A stretch of 64,000 nucleotides of DNA from the human T2T-CHM13v2.0 reference genome, Homo sapiens: the NCBI RefSeq assembly GCF_009914755.1, contig NC_060937.1; one strand, given 5' to 3'. Below are positions 1 through 13,250 of the stretch, piece by piece. Both the position numbers and the translations under genes were made by a program. The notes beneath the pieces are model-generated. The model saw only the letters and a list, made by a program, of their open reading frames with translations, had not been told where the DNA came from and ran no database searches. Position 1 is the stretch's first letter, and every line of letters starts with the position of its first letter.

Positions 1-544
1 TAAACTCTTAGAATTCCCTGGGCCCACTTAGTTTTAGAGTATCTTCTAGCCTTCCACTCATCTAATGTGCAGCTTCTTGGGCTCCTCCTTAGGTTCTGGC
101 CCAGATAGACTTGAACCTTGAGGCTAATGCTTCAGAGGAGCTTTAAAATGATCTGCTTTTCTGCAGGCTGAGGTGTGCATCCTATCACCTTGCTATAGAA
201 CCCAGCTAGCCATTGTCTACGTGGTGTGTTAGGACCTCTGGAAAGTTATGCATCTTTCTTAGTCAATATTATCTTACTCTTTAGATTTAAGGAGTTTGGC
301 AAAACACAAAGCTTCAGGGCATTACATTCCTCATGAGGATCCAGGTGGTGAGATTCACACAAATTGTCCCAGGGGACTCACTTTCCTAAATAAAGAAATT
401 ATATTCTCCATTTTCTTTCAGCAGTGTCTTTTGGAACATTGAGCAAGTACTGTTTTTAAAACCAAAGAATATATAGAGAGCCTTATTTCTCCAGAAGACT
501 TAAAAATTGTCCAGAGCCTGAGAACAAATGAAAATACAAGGAGA

Positions 545-828
545 CCAGGTGCAACGGGTCACATCTGTAATCCTAGCACTTTGGGAGGCTGAGGCAGGTG
601 GATCACTTAAGGCCAGGAGTTTGAGACTCGCCTGGGCAACATGGTGAAAACCTGTCTCTACAAAAAATACAAAAATTAGCTGGGTGTGGTGGTGCAAGCC
701 TATAGTCTTGGCTCCTTGGGAGGCTGAGGTGTGAAGATCACTTGATCCCAGGAGGTGGAGGCTACAGTGAGCTGTGATCACACCCCTGGGGCAGCCTGGG
801 CAACAGAGGAAGACCCTGTCTGAAAAAA
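545..828 (+). mobile_element. Alu SINE (old, AluJ-like), full-length dimer
   Basis: Alu motifs CTGTAATCCTAGCACTTTGGGAGGCTGAGG, mid A-linker, right arm; 15-bp TSD GAAAATACAAGGAGA at 530-544 and 1013-1027. Confidence 0.95.
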
Positions 829-862
829 GAAAGAAGAAAGGAAGAAAGGAAGGAAGAAAGGA

Positions 863-914
<52 letters not shown>

Positions 915-1017
915 GAAAGAAGGAAGGAAGGAAAGAAAGAAAGAAAGAGGGAAAGGAAGGAAGGAAGGAAGGATGGGGGAGGGGGAGGGGGAAGGGAAGG
1001 GGAAGGGAAAAAGAAAA
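822..1017 (+). repeat. Compound purine microsatellite (GAAA)13/(GGAA)n/G-runs derived from the Alu tail
   Basis: 196 nt with a single pyrimidine (T974); lies inside the Alu TSD. Confidence 0.95.
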
Positions 1018-2468
1018 TACAAGGAGAATAAGTTGGTTAGCAATGATAACTCCATTGAGCAAGCTTCTAAACTCTGACAGCAGGGTATAGAGAATTTATG
1101 CTTTTATTTTTTATCTTTTGTGTTGTTTGTTGGCTGAGGTGCTCTGGTTGGGACTCAGGTCCTGAGTATAAACAGATAAAAGGCAAAGTCCTACATGGAA
1201 ATCCCTCCTTGCATTCACCCAAGTAGAGAATGCAAACTCACCACTGCTCCTCTCTTACCAGCGTGGTATATCCTAACTCTCCTTATGCACCAGCTTATAA
1301 AAAATATGTCCAGTAGGAATACTCTACATCCTCAGACAACCAAGACCCTGCTAGCCTAGATATCACACATGATCAGAATGACAATGAGGAAGTAAAATTA
1401 TAATATTTGGTAGACTCGTAAATAGTTTCCTACAGTGGTGGAGGAATTGTATGTGACAATATCTGAATTACAATAAATAGCTGTTGATTGAATTAATATA
1501 TCTGTTTTTCCTAAACTAAAAGTAGCGAAAGAAAAGAGTACTTGGAGTACTATGTTATAACCATGCATACAGAATCCCAAGAACAAGTATGTCAAGCTAG
1601 CAAAAAAAAGACAATAATGTCGTGGGCTGTAGCAGATAAATTTCACTAGGAAGATAATCCTAGAAACAGTACAAAAACAAACAAGAGGAGAGGTGATTAG
1701 ATTGACTATAGAACTAAAGAGGTAGGAGAATTATACATTCTCTGAAAATGATCCCAGGATAAATCCTGTAATCTGAACCCATGAAAGTTGGTTGTAGCAT
1801 CAGCTTCTTGGAATTTTTTTCTAAATCAGAAACAGAGTTGTAAATAAGCTTACCATATCTCAACACCATTAGTTCCCACCAGAAAACTTTACTTTGGCTA
1901 ATCACATTATAGGATGTTCTGTGGATCTCTGTGCTCTTTCAGGTAGAGGGCCAACAGCAATATACTGAATAGTCCAGTATTCTCACTATGAGTCAATTAT
2001 GTCCTTTCTGTTTCTAATCCATCCATAGGGCTGAATAGAGCCATCCAGGGATTTCCAAAACAGAACAGAGAAAATATGCACTTTATAAAAATTGAAGATA
2101 TTCTAGAACGTCTCGTGTTGACTTACTTGAGTCTTCCTGCCGTTGTTGATTTCACGTAGATACCACTTATTCAATGACAACCAAAGACACAGCACATTGC
2201 TTCAATTTTTATTAATCAAATGCTAAAGGATACCACCCTAACCATGTTGAAAACAACTTGCTTATGGTTGATAGTTTCAATTTAAAGAAAATAAAATTAT
2301 GAATATAAAAATTTTGGTTTTTGCATATTACATTGCTTGCAAAGCTATCAATTGATGGATAGATAGAAGAAAGAATGGATGAATGAATGGATAGATGGAT
2401 GGATAGATAGAAGATATACAGATTTGTTTATACTGTATTACTGTAAGTACTGATTGCCATTAGAGAAC

Positions 2469-2780
2469 TTTTTATTATTATTATTATTTTCCTTCTTTGA
2501 GACACAGTCTTGCTCTGTCTCCCAGGCTGGAGTGCAGTGGCACGATCTTGGCTCACAGCAACCTCCACCTTCTGCGTTCCAGTGGTTCTCCTGCCTCAAC
2601 CTCCCTTGTAGCTGGGATTACAGGCACATGCCACCATGCCTGGCTAATTTTTGTATTTTTAGTAGAGATGGGGCTTCACCATGTTGGCCAGGCTGGTCTC
2701 AAACTCCTCACCTTAGGTGATTCGCCTGCCTCAGTCTCTCAAAGTGCTGGGATTATAGGTGTGAGCCACCGCACCCAGTT
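2469..2780 (-). mobile_element. Alu SINE (AluS-like) with (TTA)n tail
   Basis: Antisense Alu: GAGACACAGTCTTGCTCTGTC...AAAGTGCTGGGATTATAGGTGTGAGCCACC. Confidence 0.95.
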
Positions 2781-3319
2781 GACAACCCATTTTTGTTGTG
2801 AAAGGTCATATACAGAAAGTATGCCAGGTCCATCAAGAGTTCTTTTGCTTGGAGAAAGGAGGGTAGAGGAAAGAGCTTTCTCTCGATTTGAAACCTAAAA
2901 CATTTCACGAATAAGGTAAATGGTTTGTTCCATAATAAGTGCCATTGCTACACTTGTTCTTACTTCACTTGTTTTGCATGCAAAACAGCAATAAACTGAT
3001 TTTTTCACATTTTACAATGGAAAGAACATAGAAAGATTTAAGTTTCAAGAAAGGAGACAATGCTTTTAAAACTAATAATAACATATAATTGCCAGAACAG
3101 TCCAGTTGTTTAATGTTACAAGATTGATATTTCTACAATTGTGTATTTTAAGTTAAAGTTCAAAAGGACTGACTCTGTATGTGCATTCATTTGGGGATAT
3201 TTATCATGGTGAGATGTTAGCTCACGTCATTTCAGGTAGATAAACCTATCTTCAAGTTTGCAAGGAACTTTATCATATCAGGGCTGAGCACCACTACAAA
3301 CTTACTTAGCATAAAGTTT

Positions 3320-4100
3320 TAGAGACTGAAGGGACTTAGTGCTCTGTTCATCTGGCCCCACACTCAGCATCCCTGGCAAAGGTCATCCAGCTTTTGCAAC
3401 AGCACTACCAGAGATAAGGAACTCATTGGAGAGCTTTCATTATTAGAAAACATTTTCATATGTTACAGTAAAATATGCCTTCCTTGGACCACAGTCTACG
3501 GGTTATACTTGTAATCTTTGAAGCAACAAAAATTAATTTGATCCTTTTTCATATAAACTTTCTAGTTTGAATGTTTGAAACAATTATTATGCACTTATTA
3601 TATTCCTACTTCAGATTAAATATTAATTCTTCTTAACATAGCTTGGCCACTTTTTCTCAACATGCATTACAATTGTTCTACATTTCTTTGAAGGTGAAGC
3701 ACAGACATATGTAAAAGATAGCAAAGTTGTCTGGGACAGGTGCAGGAGAACAACTTTTTCCTCTTTAGGTCTGAATCTGGTACTTCTATTCATATCAGTA
3801 GAGCCCATGGTAATATTCACTTTTCAGCGGCTGTATCACATTGTTAGCTTGTATCAAAATTTCTTCCCTGTTTCACATAAGCATTTTATGTCACGTCCCC
3901 CAACCTCTTCATGTATAATTTCTTTTTGAGACATAAATAAGGAAGTTTATTCTTGCTATGTTCTATTGGTTTAGGGCCAGAGTTCAGCCTTCTGAGATCT
4001 TATATGCTAGTAGCAAATTCCTTTAGATCTTTGTTTGTGTCATCTGAAATTTTTATAAACATCTTTTCTATATTTTCCTTCAAGTTGTTTTCGATTATTT
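3320..4100 (-). mobile_element. L3/CR1 LINE relic (3' region)
   Basis: Degenerate similarity to recalled L3 3' end (AGAGACTGAAGGGACTTAG, CAGCATCCCTG...GGTCATCCAGC); boundaries approximate. Confidence 0.5.
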
Positions 4101-4581
4101 ATAACTTTTGTTGTTGCAAAAGAATTGGAATATGATTGCATAAAACTCAAAGGGGTGTTTAAAATGGAATCAGGTTGAAAGTGGAATAGTACAGTTAATC
4201 AAAGATAAAGTTAGTACACAGAAAGACATAGCACAGGGTACTTCACAAAAGCTAGAGTTGGGATGCAAATTTGGCTCTAATTTTCAACTTTGCTGCCCAC
4301 AGTAAGAGGTCAAAAGTAAAATGTATGTCTCAGAATTCAGTACTGGTAAAGTCCTTAACATTATCTACAAATTCCTGCGTGATCTCATATCCTCTTTACT
4401 CCATTACCACTCTGACATTCTCTCCTGCAGACACCCTGGCCACTATGAAAACGTCAGGCCCTTTCTTGTCTTAGAAACTTTTCATTTTTTTCTTCTGAAA
4501 CCTTGAATCCTCCTCCTTCAGATACTGACTTGACTCATTCTCTCACATCCTTCAAGTCTGTCTCAAAAGTCATTTCCTTGG

Positions 4582-4934
4582 TGTATTAGTCTGTTTTCAT
4601 GCTCCTGATAAAGACACACCTGAGACTGGGAAGAAAAAGAGGTTTAATTGGACTTACATTTCCACATGACTGGGGAGGCCTCAGAATCGTGGCGGGAGGC
4701 AAAAGGCACTTCTTAACATGGTGGCAGCAAGAGAAAATGAGAAGGATGCAAAAACAGAAACCCCTGATAAAACCATCAGATCTCGTAAGACTTACTCACT
4801 ACCACAAGAACAATATGGGGGAAACTGCCCCCATGATTCAATTATCTCCCACGGGGTTCTTCCCAACATGTGGGAATTATGAGAGTACAATTCAAGATGA
4901 GATTTGGGTGGGAACACAGAGCCAAACCATATCA
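4582..4934 (-). mobile_element. THE1 (THE1C-like) MaLR solo LTR
   Basis: TGTATTAGTCTGTTTTCATG...GCCAAACCATATCA termini; 5-bp TSD CTTGG/CTTGA. Confidence 0.92.
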
Positions 4935-5279
4935 CTTGAATATGAGTGACTTTCTCTTCTTTCCTACTCTTGCCCCAGACAATAATACCCTTCTCTCCAA
5001 GGCTGGTCCTCTGTGGCCTAAAACACTCCCTCCCAGTGTTGCTCAACACCTTGCTCTCCCAGAAAGCTCTCTTTTATCTACTTTACCTCTTGTCCAGTAA
5101 TACTGTGACCCCCCAACTCTGCTCAAGTTTTCCTCATCCTAATGTAAGCAAGCAAGTAAGTAAAAATCTCCTTTTTTCGGTTACCCTTTTGAGCAGTCAT
5201 TTTGTTTCCTCTTCTTTAAGCCACTGCCAAACCACCAATAGATACTTTTTAAGGAAGAAAGAAATCTATATTCCATGCT

Positions 5280-6260
5280 CCTGCTTCTTCCTCAATTATT
5301 ATTCTCTTGTAGTCTGGCTCCTGTCATCAGCATGCTACTAAAATTACTCTCTAAGGGTCACCATGACATGCCAAATCCAATAGCCTTTTCATAGTTCTCA
5401 CTATTTCTGTCTGCACAACTGAACATTACTTTCAATGATCTTGAGTGTTCTGAACATCTAATAAATTTCAAAAAATAATTATTGTTTACTTTCATTTTGT
5501 AAACAAAAGTATGCCACAGAAATCCTTTAAGAGGCCATTCTTCCTTGGCTTCTATGAAGGATTTTTCTCCTTCTAGCTCTATGACATGACTTTCTCTTTA
5601 TATCTTCAGGGTCCTTTTGTTTTATTTCTCCTAAATGCAGATGTAGCCCAACAGCTGTTCTTGGCCTTTGTCATTTCCTTGTATGTTCTTCTTTGATAAT
5701 CATACACTCAATGACTTTACTCTCAGATCTGACCTTTCCCCAAAGCTCTAGCATACATTTTTAACTGCCTCTGTATTTCCTTCTGTGCATTCTGCTGGCA
5801 CTTCAAACATAAATATTTCCAAAATTGATTTCATTAATTTTCCATCAGACTTGTTCTTCTTATGTTTACTATTCATGATTAATACTACTTACCCTTCTTA
5901 CAGTTAACTAAACTAGAAATCTTAGTGTTGGTGTTGATGCTTTCCTGCTAGTACATCTGGGACCAACCTTGTCTATTCTACCTGAATCATATCGCTCACG
6001 ACGACTAACCCTTCTCCATCCATTCTGACACTGCTTTGGTTCTGATCTCTAGTATGTCTCTCTAGCAAGACTGTAAAGTCGCTCTGATCAGCCATCTCAT
6101 CTCAAGTCACTCCTCCTCCCAACTCATTTTACACACTGTTATCAGATGAATATTCCTGAAACAAAGCTCTGGTCATTACAATGCCTGGCTTAAAACCTGT
6201 TATTGACAATGCACTGCTGACATTCTGGCATTCAAGATCTTCATAAGTTAGAGCTTGTAT
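5280..6260 (+). mobile_element. L2 LINE relic fragments
   Basis: Degenerate L2-like motifs (AAGGGTCACCATGAC...GCCAAATCCAAT; TCTGGTCATTACAATGCCTGGCTTAAAACC). Confidence 0.5.
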
Positions 6261-7430
6261 AATTATTGGGAAAGAAGTTGCTTTCTTGGTGTTTGAGAGC
6301 AGATCAAAGACCTGTATTCTCAAAAGAGCAGCCTACACGTTGGGCTTGTTCCCACTTTATAATTCTCTGGTTGATATAGGACCCTCATTTGTTTTAGGTC
6401 ATTTAGGACATTATCTTTATCCTCTTAAGAACTTCCAGCTTCAGTCAGATACCAGGTTCTAGTTCTCTGGTCTCTTTTGGGGTTTCATGAGGCAGAGTTA
6501 GTGCTCTCATGGGACCTGGGACTAATTAAAAAATCCTCAATTCTCTTTTCATTAGAAGTTTGCCCTTTGTTTGCTTTTACCTGGATAAGGAGCAAAGAAT
6601 GTAGTTCCATTTTTATATGTACTTTAAGCCATCATCTTGTAAACTTGGGATAAAAGATCAGTTCTCATGGGGAAATCAGACATAGGCAGTGAGTTCTTTC
6701 TCAATCACACCACATAACAATTTATTGGATAGGGCCTGTGATGAACTTTAATGTCTAATATCTGTAACTATGGAATTTACAAGCAGCAGGTAAGCAGCTG
6801 GACCATTTCACTGCCGTTTCTTTAAGCTGTGTAACCTTTACAGAACTTTCCAGTGATGTTTCTGCTATTAAAGTATGTACGTTTTACATTTATATATGTA
6901 TAAAATATATATGTCATATATATAATATATGTATATATAAGTTTCTATATTTGGGTGTGATTTTCAGAAAGAATGGAAGGGGGAGATTGGAGGAGAGAGT
7001 ATGTGAATAGAAAAGCAGGAAAAGAGAGGACAATGTTCATTATTTTAGAATTTGTTAAATATAGGGGAAACTTTTTATATGACATATTAGAACACTAGGG
7101 ATCAGCCTCCTATAAACATCTATTCTACTTAAAATGGCAAATATAATATACAAATAGAGACTTACATGCCTTTATAAATTTGCCGTGAGTAGAACAAACT
7201 GAGAGGCAAGCAATGGAATTAGCATGCGCTGACATTGGCAAAGGGGTAGAAAAAGTCTTTTAAAGAAAACAGAGGTGAGCAGAACAGAAAACATTAAGAC
7301 CGCAAGAGTAGAATTTTTAGATTTCATTTACTTTTAAAACCAAAATAAAAAGGTGGACGTGGAGGCAATTGACAAAGCCAACAACTCTCTTGCAGTGATG
7401 CCCAGTATTCTGAAGCATATGTGGGTGTGT

Positions 7431-7545
7431 CTTTTTTGTTTGTTTTTTGGAGACAGGGTCTCACTATGTTGCTCAGGTTAGGCTCAAGCAATCCTCCTGC
7501 CTCAGCATCCCAAGTCTCTGAGATTATAGACATGCATGCAACATA
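7431..7545 (-). mobile_element. FLAM / Alu monomer fragment
   Basis: GAGACAGGGTCTCACTATGTTGCTCAGG...GCTCAAGCAATCCTCCTGCCTCAGC. Confidence 0.85.
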
Positions 7546-8429
7546 CATTTTGAGTTATGTGGACCCTCTAAGTTTTCTGCCTCTCTGAGTGAGAATATGG
7601 ATAATCCTAACAGATTTACACAGATCCTGTCAGCAAATACCTGTGGGTTTTTCCCATCTAACATCCCATAGTGCTTTCAATTATTTCAAGCAATATGAAG
7701 TTCTGAAAACTAAATTTCTAAATTGGAATTAACTATAGCTCAGTCTAATTTTGGAAACAAAAATATGTCATACAAATCCATTAAGAGACAATCACTAAAT
7801 GATATGAATGCTTGAAGTCTGGGGATCAGTGATGTGTGTGATAAGAATATAAAATCTTCATAAGTTTGACACATTTATCGAAACTTATGAGCAGTTCAAT
7901 CCCCTTGTTCAATTGAAAAGAATATTTGAATATTTACAGTAGAGGTGCCTATTGCTAGATTTGACATTTGGAGTGACAAAGCAAGAAGGAAAGGCTGGGA
8001 AGTGGCATCAGGACTAAATTCTATCCACAGGACTTGCATGATGGACTTTATAGCCAGAGGAAAATGAATGGTCTCAATATAGGAGGCTTTGGAGCTCCTT
8101 TTACTTTTGATGTCAGGAAAGCTGCTGCCTCCACATTTTCTACTCTTTTTCTTCAGCATAATGTGAGGTAGAGGGTCAGGGGACACACTTGTGGCCTCTA
8201 ATGGCCAGATAATGGACCACAATAAAAGTTATGTGTCCCTAGCTGGAGGTGAAGACATATAATGGTTTACAAGATCCATTATCTAACTATCAGAACCTAA
8301 AGTAAAAGGAGACAATTATTAAATCAAAGAAAAGAAATCCATTTCCACTTATTCAAGAAAAAGAATTTTGCTTACGTGCTGTGCATTTTTATACAAGGAC
8401 TACCCTTGTCTTTAAGTAATAAGTAATAA

Positions 8430-8670
8430 TTACAGCAGCTAGTGTTTATTGAGCATTTACAATATGCTAATTGCCTTCACAAAGAACATGATCTTAGGAA
8501 TCAGACTCCCCACTTTGAAATTTTGGCTTCAGCGCTTGAAGGAAGTCAACCTCTCCACGCCTCAGTTTTATTATATGGAAAACAATGATAATATCAGTAT
8601 ATGTATCATATGATCACCAAGTATGTCATATATTGAGCCCACAATAAAGATGCTAGTTATTATTATTGCT
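8430..8670. mobile_element. MIR SINE fragments
   Basis: TTTATTGAGCATTTAC and CCTCAGTTTTATT...GGAAAACAATGATAAT MIR core-like motifs. Confidence 0.55.
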
Positions 8671-9524
8671 GTTGTAATAGAGCCATTGTTGACATTTATA
8701 GATAGCAGATATATTGTTTAGATCTCTGATTAGCCCCATGTTATGAATTAAGAAATGAAGGGGATGAAGTGGAGATATTTAATCTGGAGGTTTGTTAATA
8801 GATTTTAATAGACTTTAAAAGAGTCATTGGCTCTTTGAAAGAAACCAAAAAATATTTTATTTTGTTGTGCATTTGGGTGGGTGAAACACTCCATGGTTTT
8901 CACCAAAGTCTCAAAAGAGCTCTTGGCCCTCAAAATGCTAAGAACCCCTGATAAACTAAATTTCATGTATTACTTTATCTATCAAGTAATGCAGGGTGGT
9001 TATTGAGCAAACATTTTAAAATAAAATCATTTTTTTCTCCTTTTTAAGATTTTCTGCCTTTTTAAGATTAGGAAAAATCAAATATAAAAAGCAATGACAG
9101 ATACATATTCTGTCTATTCTGTCATATTTTGTCTGCTGAGTGCCAAAATGGGTGCATACACGTCACAATACAATTATCCATTTTTCATATCTCCTTAAGA
9201 TCTCTTTTCAAGACACATTTGGAAGAAACAAAACCAAGTCAGTTATGAAGGTGAGAAGCTATGGATTTAGTGTCTTGGTAATCATTCCTGAGCAATCAAT
9301 TGATACATCTTTAGTGGCTTCATTTGGCCTTTGGAGACCCCTGGAATTTGAGTTGAGATTCCCATGAACATAATGGTACCATGATATCGACATTACCTTT
9401 TTTCATATGGCACTTGGAGAAGGATCTACAGCAACCTCTTTCACTCCTTGAGATATAACTATCATCTATGCAGTGTCAGTCTCTGTCCAACTAATGTGGG
9501 ACTGTTAGAGCTACTGAAACATCA

Positions 9525-9685
9525 GAAGTGGATTTGTGGGCCCCAGGGTGCAACGTAGGTGCTCCAGTGATAGATGCACTGAAGGCCCTAACTTCAGGAC
9601 AATGCAATATGTCAATGTAGCAAAACTGCCCCTGTACCCCATGAATATATACAAATTTTTAAAAATTAAAAAATAAAAATAAATA
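9525..9685 (+). mobile_element. L1 (L1M/L1PB-age) 3' end fragment
   Basis: ATGCAATATGTCAATGTAGCAAAACTGCCCCTGTACCCCATGAAT followed by A-rich tail. Confidence 0.75.
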
Positions 9686-9699
9686 TTACTCATTTTCAT

Positions 9700-9950
9700 G
9701 GCTTAAACAGTGGTTTAAGAGCACACACTCTAAAGATGGGCCATAAGGGCTGATATCCCAGCTGTGTCATTACCAGCTGTGCACCCATTGGCAAATTAAT
9801 ACACCTACCTCTATATCAACTTTTTTCTCTGTAAAATGGGGGTACATATAATATTTACCTCCTAGGACTGTCGTATGAAGACTAAGTGTATTAACATATA
9901 TATAAATCACTGCAACAGTACTTGGCATATATGAGCTATAAATATTAGCT
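9700..9950 (+). mobile_element. MIR SINE
   Basis: GTGGTTTAAGAGCAC...CTGTAAAATGGGGGTA...TACCTCCTAGG MIR core. Confidence 0.7.
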
Positions 9951-10179
9951 ATTAATGGATCATTATGTAATCCACTTCTTGGGGATTAAGAAGAAAATAT
10001 TTGGGTGCTAATTCTATTTTCCTTGCTGAATGACCTTTATTTTACATTTAGACAAATTGCTAACTCTTTGAGTGCCATTTTTCTTACTTTGATGAGAAAC
10101 TAATCCCCACACCCATGATGGTGTGTGAAATCAAGAATGTACCAGTGCTTTGTAAATTGTTGAGCCCTGGGCATATGAC

Positions 10180-10560
<381 letters not shown>

Positions 10561-11239
10561 TAATTCTAAATATCTACAGAAGCAAAATGCTAATTACAGA
10601 GCCTAGAGGATTTTTTATGCCTTATTTGTGCATGTTTTATATGGCATAAGGAGAAACTGTGGCGCACAGATTTTTCTAAGAAATTTTCTAGTTAATCTTA
10701 GTTAAGGCTCTGGTCAGCTTCACGTTTTCTTAGTTTTTTGATGGCGAAGGGGGTGCATTTGTGAATGAACCAGAATTCTGGTTCAAGGAAACAGCTGACC
10801 CCATTGCTGACTCCTTCACATTTGGAGAAGCTGAGTAGAGGTTATTGAATATTAATGAATTTTAGTTTCACAGCATTTCTTCTTCACAATTCCAGGGTTT
10901 TTTTTTTTTAACTAGTTTTTAAATATTTTTGACTGAATTTTCACTGTTTTAATTTTGGAAGCATAGTATTTAGATGATTCTCACGTTGGTTTGATTAGTC
11001 TTATATTTTATCTGTGTTTGCCAGGACTTGAAGATTTATAAAATCAATGTGTATCAACATGTGCTTGCTCAAAGCCTTTTCTATTTCTGTCGTTTGTCAT
11101 AATGAGCTGGAAATGCTTTCCTAATCTCCCTGAATAACCTTCTACCCAGCATTTCTGGAGTCACTAAAAAGACCTGATTGTTTACACCTCAACTTTTTAA
11201 GGAAAAGGAATCCAGAAGCTGTCATTTGTATCCATGCCT

Positions 11240-11692
11240 CTATCAGTTGTCTGTCGTTGCATAACAAACCACCTTAACACTTACTGGCTTAAAGCAACTA
11301 TGCTTTATTATTTCTCACTCTTCTATGGGTTGCCGGGTGATTGCTGGTATTGCCTGGGCCTATTCATGTGTTTGCCATCAGCCGATGGTTTGGCTGGGGC
11401 CTGAGCTTAGCTGGGATTGTTGGGTGGCTGTCTCTCCATGTGGCCTTTCATCCTGGGATTCCATACATGGTGGTCCCTGGGTAACATTCCAAAAGGAAAA
11501 AAAAATGGCATTGTGTGAGTTCAGGAGCAGTAGGGGTTTTGACTCCTGAACTCACACAATGCCATTTCTATCTTATTCTATTGGTCAAAGCATATCACAA
11601 ATAAGGACAGTCCAGGTGTAAGGTTTGGGAGAATAGATTCTACATCTTTATGGGAGAAACTGCAAGGGATTTGTGGATATGTTTAATCTATC
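11240..11692 (-). mobile_element. MLT1 (old MaLR) LTR
   Basis: GTTGCATAACAAACCACC...TGGCTTAAAGCAAC; ATTCTATTGGTCAAAGCATATCAC motifs. Confidence 0.7.
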
Positions 11693-12169
11693 AAAATGTC
11701 TGGTTGTTGATTTTTTAGCCAAGGGTTCCTTTGTTAGAATGTTGACAGAAACTGTGAATTTTTGTCAGTGGCACTGGAGAAAGCCAAAAGATTTCTCTAT
11801 CAGAGACAGTACCCCATTCACATTTACTTAGGATAGTCCCATGTTGTTTAATTACTCAATGTAGATTAATTAGGCAACCATTCCTCTACATACAAGTATT
11901 GAGCTCTTTGTGTTTTACCCGAAACTACAAGAGTGTTGATCCTTATACTAAATTTAGCTGTCCTTTGAGGGAAAATGAGCATGTCACATTTTCAGAGGTT
12001 TATAGAAAAACAAAATCAGGGTCAACATCCTGGTTATAAACAATATTAAGCTCCTACTGTGTACAAAAAAAATGCTGTTTGGGGATTTTCAAATGGTATA
12101 AGGTATGATCTCTAGTTACAAGCTTAAATTTTAGCTCAACAAACAGTCATAACTTAGTAATAAACAATT

Positions 12170-13250
12170 AACTTTTGAATTATTTAGCACACATTTATGG
12201 GATGTCTCCTATATACGTAGGCTCTATATTAGGCATTGTGAATGTAAAAATGAACCCATCTGGGTCTCTGGTGTCATGATTTAGAGTGTAGTTAGGGAAG
12301 CAGAATATGAACAAGTAACAAAAGTAACTTAAGCAAGTAAAAAAGTAATAAAAACAAGGACAAATTAGTATTACAAATGCTCTGACAGAAGATTAGACAA
12401 GATATACAGGAGATATGTATTGAGGAATAGAATCTGTTACAAAGAAGAGGTGAGGCTTGAGTTGAGAGTTGAGTCTTGAAAAGTGGGCAAATGATCTTCC
12501 TGCTGACCGGTAATGTCTGTGAGGTTCAGGAAGATGAAGCAGCATGAATACAGGGATATGGAACACAGAAACCATGGGAAACACCAGGAGCTTGCAATCT
12601 GTTGTGTGACTGAAACCCAGGATTCAGGGTGAGATGAAGAAGGGGAGCAAGGAACAAAGAAACAAAAAGAAGTAATAAGCAATAAACAGACGTGGCCAGT
12701 GACTTAATCATGGAGAACCTAAAATATCTTCCTATGAAGTTTGGATTTGCATCCATATATAATGGGAATTTGTTGAAGAATTTTAATCAGAGGATGACAT
12801 AATCAAAGCATTTTAGGAAGATCACTCTGACTTCTATATGTAAGATAAGTTGGCTATGGCAGTACTAGAGATAGAGAAAGTAGACAGTTTGTTGCACTAA
12901 TCTAAATGAGCTATGATAAGAACTTGGGTAGCGGCAGAATGGATAGAGAGTAAGAGGTGATTCATACCTTCAATAGACATGTATTGTGTCTTCCAGGTAC
13001 TGAATGCTAGGTGATATGTCAAGTGCTGGGAGTATTGTGGCATAGAACTGAACCTGTAACTGTGCAAAGAGAGCACTCAAAGGCAGATGTAAAAATTTTT
13101 CAAAAGGTTCAAGTAAAAGAACCTGCTTCCTAACTGAATGTAGGAAGGAAAAAAAAAGGGGGAAGACCCCAGAAATCCCAAGATGAGGGAATGGTGGTAT
13201 CTTAACAAAAAACTATTATACAATTTAAACAGTAGGTAATAGTAGATCAA
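12170..13250 (-). mobile_element. L2 LINE relic
   Basis: GAGTTGAGTCTTGAA and TTTTAGGAAGATCACTCTG motifs typical of antisense L2. Confidence 0.6.

Noticed and set aside
762-1062. Lys/Glu/Arg-rich and Phe/Leu/Ser-rich ORFs
   Set aside because: Translations of the (GAAA)n/(GGAA)n microsatellite
545-2780. Inverted Alu pair as a dsRNA/ADAR substrate
   Set aside because: Commonplace, divergent subfamilies, and no evidence of transcription from sequence alone
7858-7890. Hairpin TCATAAGTTT...AAACTTATGA as a miRNA or terminator
   Set aside because: Only a 10-bp AT-rich stem; too short for a pre-miRNA and plausible by chance in 64 kb
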